Shown piece after piece: positions 59,475 to 64,000 of a DNA stretch of 64,000 nt. The notes beneath the pieces were generated by a model. It was not told the DNA's origin. It was given only the letters and a program-made list of their open reading frames with translations, and did not search any database. The stretch spans positions 1,024,001 to 1,088,000 of the forward strand of contig OY763927.2 in assembly GCA_963667665.2 (NCBI GenBank). Direction: 5' to 3'. The position numbers were made by a program, and so were the translations under genes. The stretch's first letter is position 1. The number at the start of each line of letters is the position of its first letter. Source of the DNA: Nitrosopumilus sp. Lineage in GTDB: Archaea > Thermoproteota > Nitrososphaeria > Nitrososphaerales > Nitrosopumilaceae.

Positions 59475-59774
59475 ATGAATGGAATTAGCCTCTTAAAATG
59501 TATTTGTGATGAAACAAGGTTTGAGATTTTAGAATTATTACAGAAAAACAAGGAACTCTGTGTAAATGATTTTGTAAAGAAATTAAAAAAAGACCAACCT
59601 CTAGTGTCATACCATCTAAAGACACTAAAAAAATGTGGAATTGTCAAATCAAGAGATGAAGGAAAAAAGACATTGTATACAATTTCAAACAGTCAACTAT
59701 CAGAACTAATATCAAATGTCACAAAAACTAGCAAGAAAATTCCAGTTTTATGTTCTGATAATTCTTGTTGTTAA
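59475..59774 (+). CDS. arsR: ArsR/SmtB-family regulator
   Basis: DETRFEIL, QPLVSYHL..L, C-terminal CSDNSCC; divergent from arsC. Confidence 0.88.
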   Translation: MNGISLLKCICDETRFEILELLQKNKELCVNDFVKKLKKDQPLVSYHLKTLKKCGIVKSRDEGKKTLYTISNSQLSELISNVTKTSKKIPVLCSDNSCC

Positions 59775-60073
59775 AATTTTTCAGTTCTCACTACGCCAAC
59801 ATCACTGACATAAAGAACCAAAGCAAAATTGGCAAACATTGTTCGTGATATTTCCTCTACAATGTCTGATAATTTGTCTTCTCTCATAATTACTTCAACT
59901 TTGACATTTTTTTCATTTTTTAAACCTTGACCACGTAAACCCCGATCACCATTTCCTTCCACTTCATAAGTTGTATATCCTGTAATGTTATGTTTTTTTA
60001 AAATTTTAATAATATTTTTTTGCGCAAGAATTTCACAAGTGACTGTGAGTAATTTTACGTTATAGAGTTTCAT
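59771..60073 (-). CDS. sbtB: PII-like regulator SbtB
   Basis: ITGYT...V.G.G.RG.R, VVRTEKF; ATGA-coupled to sbtA. Confidence 0.85.
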   Translation of the reverse strand: MKLYNVKLLTVTCEILAQKNIIKILKKHNITGYTTYEVEGNGDRGLRGQGLKNEKNVKVEVIMREDKLSDIVEEISRTMFANFALVLYVSDVGVVRTEKF

Positions 60074-61155
60074 ATCCAACCCTGTGTGATGTAATGGAAT
60101 AAGTCTATCGATCCTTCTACATTATGTACAATGGATGAAACAACAAACATGATTGGCAATAAAACAATGATGTTGAAAGGAAATGTAATTCCTAATGCTG
60201 ATGTAATGTAAAGACTAGGTTTTGCCTCAGGAATTGCATGACGCAATACTGCAGGTGCTGCAATAAATGATGCACTAGCCAAAAGCAATCCAAACATTAC
60301 TGCGCCACCTAGACTTAATCCCATTGCAGTAGCAACTAAAACACCAATAATTCCATTAAACGTAGGCATTATCACAGCAAATGCAGTAAGAAAAATACCA
60401 ACTTTTTTTAGATCACCTAGTCTTTGACCAGCAATAATTCCCATCTCAATCATAAAGATAACAATTGCACCAGTAAACATCTCATCAAATACAATACTAA
60501 TTGAGCTAAATCCATCCTCACCAATGATGTAACCTATCACAATACATCCAAGCAGTATAACTATTGCTTTACCAGTAATTGATTCATGTAATACTTGAGA
60601 AAGTTTTGTCTTGGTTTCTCGCATTCCTAAATCAATGTCAGATACATCATCATTTTTGAAAGACTGTTTTTTTATACGAATTTGTTTTGCAACTGCCATG
60701 TTAGTCAAAAATATTGCCATGATAAATGAAACAGGCTCCAACACTGCAAGAATAGCTGCAAGATATCCCTCAGATGTAACACCTTGATTCTTAAGAAAAG
60801 ACAATCCAACAGAGAAAGTTACTGCACCTACTGCACCATATGTTGATGCTAATGCATAAGAATCAAAGAGATTGAATTTTCCCAATCTTCTCAGAATTTG
60901 ATAATGATTCAAAGTAAACAAAAGCGAAATGCCAATTGCAACTAACATAGGAACCAACATGTTCTCAAATCCAGTATTTCTCATCTCTATTCCTCCATGA
61001 AGTCCAATTGCCGCAAGAAGATAGATTGGTAAAAATTCTGAAATTGCTTCAGGTATTTTCAAATCAGATTTTATTCTGGCAGCAATAATTCCAAACAAAA
61101 AGAACAGAATTATTGGGGTAAGAAGATTGGATTGTATTAATTGTAAAATTTCCAT
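60070..61155 (-). CDS. sbtA: Sodium-dependent bicarbonate transporter SbtA
   Basis: SDLKIP, IGLHGG, YGAV.AVTF, ASASFIAAPA, LGITFPFN. Confidence 0.92.
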   Translation of the reverse strand: MEILQLIQSNLLTPIILFFLFGIIAARIKSDLKIPEAISEFLPIYLLAAIGLHGGIEMRNTGFENMLVPMLVAIGISLLFTLNHYQILRRLGKFNLFDSYALASTYGAVGAVTFSVGLSFLKNQGVTSEGYLAAILAVLEPVSFIMAIFLTNMAVAKQIRIKKQSFKNDDVSDIDLGMRETKTKLSQVLHESITGKAIVILLGCIVIGYIIGEDGFSSISIVFDEMFTGAIVIFMIEMGIIAGQRLGDLKKVGIFLTAFAVIMPTFNGIIGVLVATAMGLSLGGAVMFGLLLASASFIAAPAVLRHAIPEAKPSLYITSALGITFPFNIIVLLPIMFVVSSIVHNVEGSIDLFHYITQGWI

Positions 61156-61208
61156 TTGAATATTTCAAAAAATTTTTGCTGAAATAAAAACCAAGGTATT
61201 ACCATAAA

Positions 61209-62195
61209 TCAAACAAACAGATGAATCACATAGGTAAATGCAATTCCGAGTGCAGCACTACCGGGAATAGTAATAATCCATGCAAAAACAATTTGCCTGC
61301 CTACTTTCCAACGCACAGCACGTTTTCTTCGTACGGCACCAGCACCCATGATAGTACCAGTGATAGCATGAGTTGTACTTGCAGGAATCCCCAAAGTGGC
61401 AAAAATTGCTAACATGATCCCACCTCCAGTTTCTGCTGCAAATCCTTGATATGGTTTGAGTTTTGTAATTTTCATACCAAGTGTTTTAATGACTTTGTAG
61501 CCACCAAAGAAAGTACCTAATCCCATTGCAGTAGCTGCTGCAAAGATTACCCATAGTGGCATATCAAGTTCAGGAATCATTCCAGCTGAAAACAAAATTA
61601 GAACAATAATACCCATAGTTTTTTGCCCATCATTTGCTCCATGAGTTAGAGCAAACCAGGCTGAAGAAATTATTTGTAATCTACCAAAAGTTTTGTTCAC
61701 AACTGCAGGTCTACGTTTAGCAAATATTGTAATTATTAATCCAGTAAGTAGTAAACCAAAAATCAGTCCACCTACTGGAGCAATGACAATTCCTGCAAAA
61801 ATTTTAGACAGACCACCAAAAACCAATGTTTCAAAACCTATTCCTGCAATACCTGCACCCATTATTCCACCAACTAAAGAATGACTATTAGAAATTGGTA
61901 ATCCAAAATATGTACATAGTGTACTCCAACCGATTGCACCAGCCAAACCACCTATAATCATATAAACAGTAATGTCATCTGGACTAACAATTCCTTTTGC
62001 AATAGTTGTAGCTACTGCAACACCAAAAATAAAAGGGCCAACAAAATTCATAGTTGCAGACAAAGTTACTGCGTGAATTGGTTTTAAAACACGCGTTCCA
62101 ATAACTGTAGCAATAGAATTAGCTGAATCATTAAATCCATTTACAAAATCAAAGATTAATGCAATGATTATTGCTGCTATTGCTATTTCAATCAT
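61209..62195 (-). CDS. pit: Inorganic phosphate transporter (PiT family)
   Basis: NGFNDSANSIAT, GLPISNSH, HGANDGQK, GIPASTTH. Confidence 0.95.
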   Translation of the reverse strand: MIEIAIAAIIIALIFDFVNGFNDSANSIATVIGTRVLKPIHAVTLSATMNFVGPFIFGVAVATTIAKGIVSPDDITVYMIIGGLAGAIGWSTLCTYFGLPISNSHSLVGGIMGAGIAGIGFETLVFGGLSKIFAGIVIAPVGGLIFGLLLTGLIITIFAKRRPAVVNKTFGRLQIISSAWFALTHGANDGQKTMGIIVLILFSAGMIPELDMPLWVIFAAATAMGLGTFFGGYKVIKTLGMKITKLKPYQGFAAETGGGIMLAIFATLGIPASTTHAITGTIMGAGAVRRKRAVRWKVGRQIVFAWIITIPGSAALGIAFTYVIHLFV

Positions 62196-62204
62196 AGAAC
62201 CATC

Positions 62205-62834
62205 CTAAGTATATTTCAAAACAATATCTTCAATGACATCTGCAACATCTACACATCTGTCTGATGCAGTTTCCATTGTTTCATAGATATCTTTTAGTTT
62301 AATGATTTTGATTGCATCATCACTCTCAAATAGTTCTTTGATTGCTTCTCTATACAAATCATCTACAACATGTTCAATCTTACCAGTATTTCTACAATGT
62401 TCAATCATGTCTTTAGTATTTTTGATGTGTTTGAGCTTTGAAATCATATACTCTACTTCTTTTGTGGCTTTGACTAGTTCCTTGGCCATGTCTTCACAAT
62501 ATGGAGGAGGGGAAGTGATTTTGTAGCTATATACTCTTGCAGCAATACCATCCATGAAATCAATCACATCATCTATTTTTGATGCAATTCTTTGCATGTC
62601 CTCACGATCTAAAGGAGTGATGAATGTCTTGTTTAGTTCAGTGAAGATGTCACGTGTTAAGACATCTGCTTCAGTTTCAAGTTTATGAATTTTTGCCGTA
62701 TGTTCAGCATTGGTTAGATCGGAAAATAAAACTACTACAGCTTCTGATGTTTCAACTGCTTTTTTTGCCAAATTATCAAGAATCGTTAAGAGTTCTTTTT
62801 CATTGGATTTGATCCATGATAGCCACATTCCCAT
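62205..62834 (-). CDS. DUF47 phosphate-transport regulator (PhoU-like)
   Basis: E..AD, FITPLDRED, D...DVAD; upstream of pit. Confidence 0.92.
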   Translation of the reverse strand: MGMWLSWIKSNEKELLTILDNLAKKAVETSEAVVVLFSDLTNAEHTAKIHKLETEADVLTRDIFTELNKTFITPLDREDMQRIASKIDDVIDFMDGIAARVYSYKITSPPPYCEDMAKELVKATKEVEYMISKLKHIKNTKDMIEHCRNTGKIEHVVDDLYREAIKELFESDDAIKIIKLKDIYETMETASDRCVDVADVIEDIVLKYT

Positions 62835-62903
62835 GATTTTTCAATTGTAAATTTGGAATTAAAATGTTTGAACATAAAGTCTATTGGACTATATAGAAAA
62901 AAT

Positions 62904-64000
62904 CTAGCCTTCACAATTTAGCAGCAGATCACTTTGTGAATCTGAATAACATCGATCAGTATCTGCACCACCATCAATAACATCAGAACCAGAATTTGAA
63001 TAAATTAGATCATTTCCGGATTCTCCTTTAAGGATATCATGACCAGAATTTCCTATGATTGTATCATCTCCATCATTCCCAGAAATAATATCATCACCGA
63101 ATCCTCCAAATATGCAATCATTTCCTGTTCCACCAGAAATAATATCATTTCCTGCCAATCCAAAAATTAGATCATCACCATCTGTACCTAAAATTACATC
63201 ATCTCCTTGAGTTCCCTCGATGAGATTGTAATCAGAATAGGTATTGCCACAAGTCTTTACAGTAATTGTTTGGGAGGTACTAGAAGCATGCCCAATATTA
63301 TCAAAAGCTACCCAAATAATTGTGGACACACCAATAGAAAATGCATCTGGAGCATTGTGAATTATTGCTTTGATTCCACTTTCATCAGTAGCAGTAGCAT
63401 TACCAAATGAAACAGGGGTTAGGAAATCTACAGCTTCAACTACTAATGAAATTGGAGCAACAATTACAGGCTTTGTTTTGTCAATTGGTGATTCTTCAAT
63501 GATTTCATCAGAAATTTCAACAGAATCATCAATTACAGGCTGTACATAAAATTCAGTTTTATATGATTTGATTTTGTGGTTTGCAGAATCTACAATTAAT
63601 AATTCACCATTAATTCCAATTGTTATATCAGAAAGAAAATCAAATGAATTTGTATATGGTCCTAACTGCTCAAATACATTTAGATTCAAATCAGAGTCTT
63701 GAGATAAATGTAAAATTCTATCATTAGCAGAGTTTACAATAAACATCTCACCCGCAGAATCAACGGCTATTGCTTCAGGAGAAAAAGTATAGTTTGGCGA
63801 CTCAAATGGAAATGATTGAATCAACTCTCCAGTAGCATTAAATTTTTCAATCTTTTTGTTTCCTTTATCAGTGACATAGACATTTCCATCACTATCAATA
63901 TCAATTCCAACGACTGTTAGGAATTGACCTTCACCAAGTCCGCTTGAACCAAATGATGAGATAAATTCCCCATCAGTAGAAAACATTTGAATTCTTTGAT
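62904..64000 (-). CDS. C-terminal part of a large surface/secreted protein: NHL repeats + HYR-like domain + RTX Ca-binding repeats (5' end beyond window)
   Basis: FGSSGLGEGQF...GIDIDSDGNVYVTD, DKTKPVI..P...ATATD, GG.GND nonapeptides; frame stays open to the window edge. Confidence 0.85.
   Translation of the reverse strand, partial: QRIQMFSTDGEFISSFGSSGLGEGQFLTVVGIDIDSDGNVYVTDKGNKKIEKFNATGELIQSFPFESPNYTFSPEAIAVDSAGEMFIVNSANDRILHLSQDSDLNLNVFEQLGPYTNSFDFLSDITIGINGELLIVDSANHKIKSYKTEFYVQPVIDDSVEISDEIIEESPIDKTKPVIVAPISLVVEAVDFLTPVSFGNATATDESGIKAIIHNAPDAFSIGVSTIIWVAFDNIGHASSTSQTITVKTCGNTYSDYNLIEGTQGDDVILGTDGDDLIFGLAGNDIISGGTGNDCIFGGFGDDIISGNDGDDTIIGNSGHDILKGESGNDLIYSNSGSDVIDGGADTDRCYSDSQSDLLLNCEG

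Noticed and set aside
529-63410. Numerous 60-135-aa antisense or out-of-frame ORFs in the track (e.g. 529-879, 13793-14104, 52413-52820)
   Set aside because: Shadow ORFs lying within well-supported genes, with no motifs

Overview
AT-rich archaeal chromosome segment whose gene content fits a Nitrosopumilus-like ammonia-oxidising thaumarchaeon. Evidence: S24e/S27ae/S8e, aIF-1A, aIF-5A, TFB, SRP19/54, Gar1, Pus10, Dph6, ThiDN, intron-containing tRNA-Tyr and tRNA-Leu, bacterial-type CspA, SbtAB. Most of the window is core housekeeping: thiamine, sugar-nucleotide, translation, SUF Fe-S assembly, tetrapyrrole/heme, and arsenic/phosphate/bicarbonate transport. A ~12 kb accessory island (~15.85-27.75 kb) follows tRNA-Tyr. 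It carries a type IIG-like restriction-modification enzyme, a UvrD helicase fused to a Cas4/AddB-like nuclease, and a CARF-like/wHTH (DUF6293-type) regulator. That regulator faces, across a perfect 16-bp palindrome, a tightly coupled operon of nine tiny ORFs (five missing from the ORF track), followed by three more predicted nucleases, one split at an in-frame A_AAA_AAG slippery site. This regulator-operator-micro-ORF-nuclease module is the best candidate for an undescribed system. Elsewhere: a shared 14-bp box exactly 42 nt upstream of both sufC and sufB, a C/D-box sRNA candidate, several unannotated microproteins, an apparently catalytically degenerate Pus10, and an AhbAB + ChdC hybrid heme route. 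All family calls come from motif recognition by eye, not database searches.
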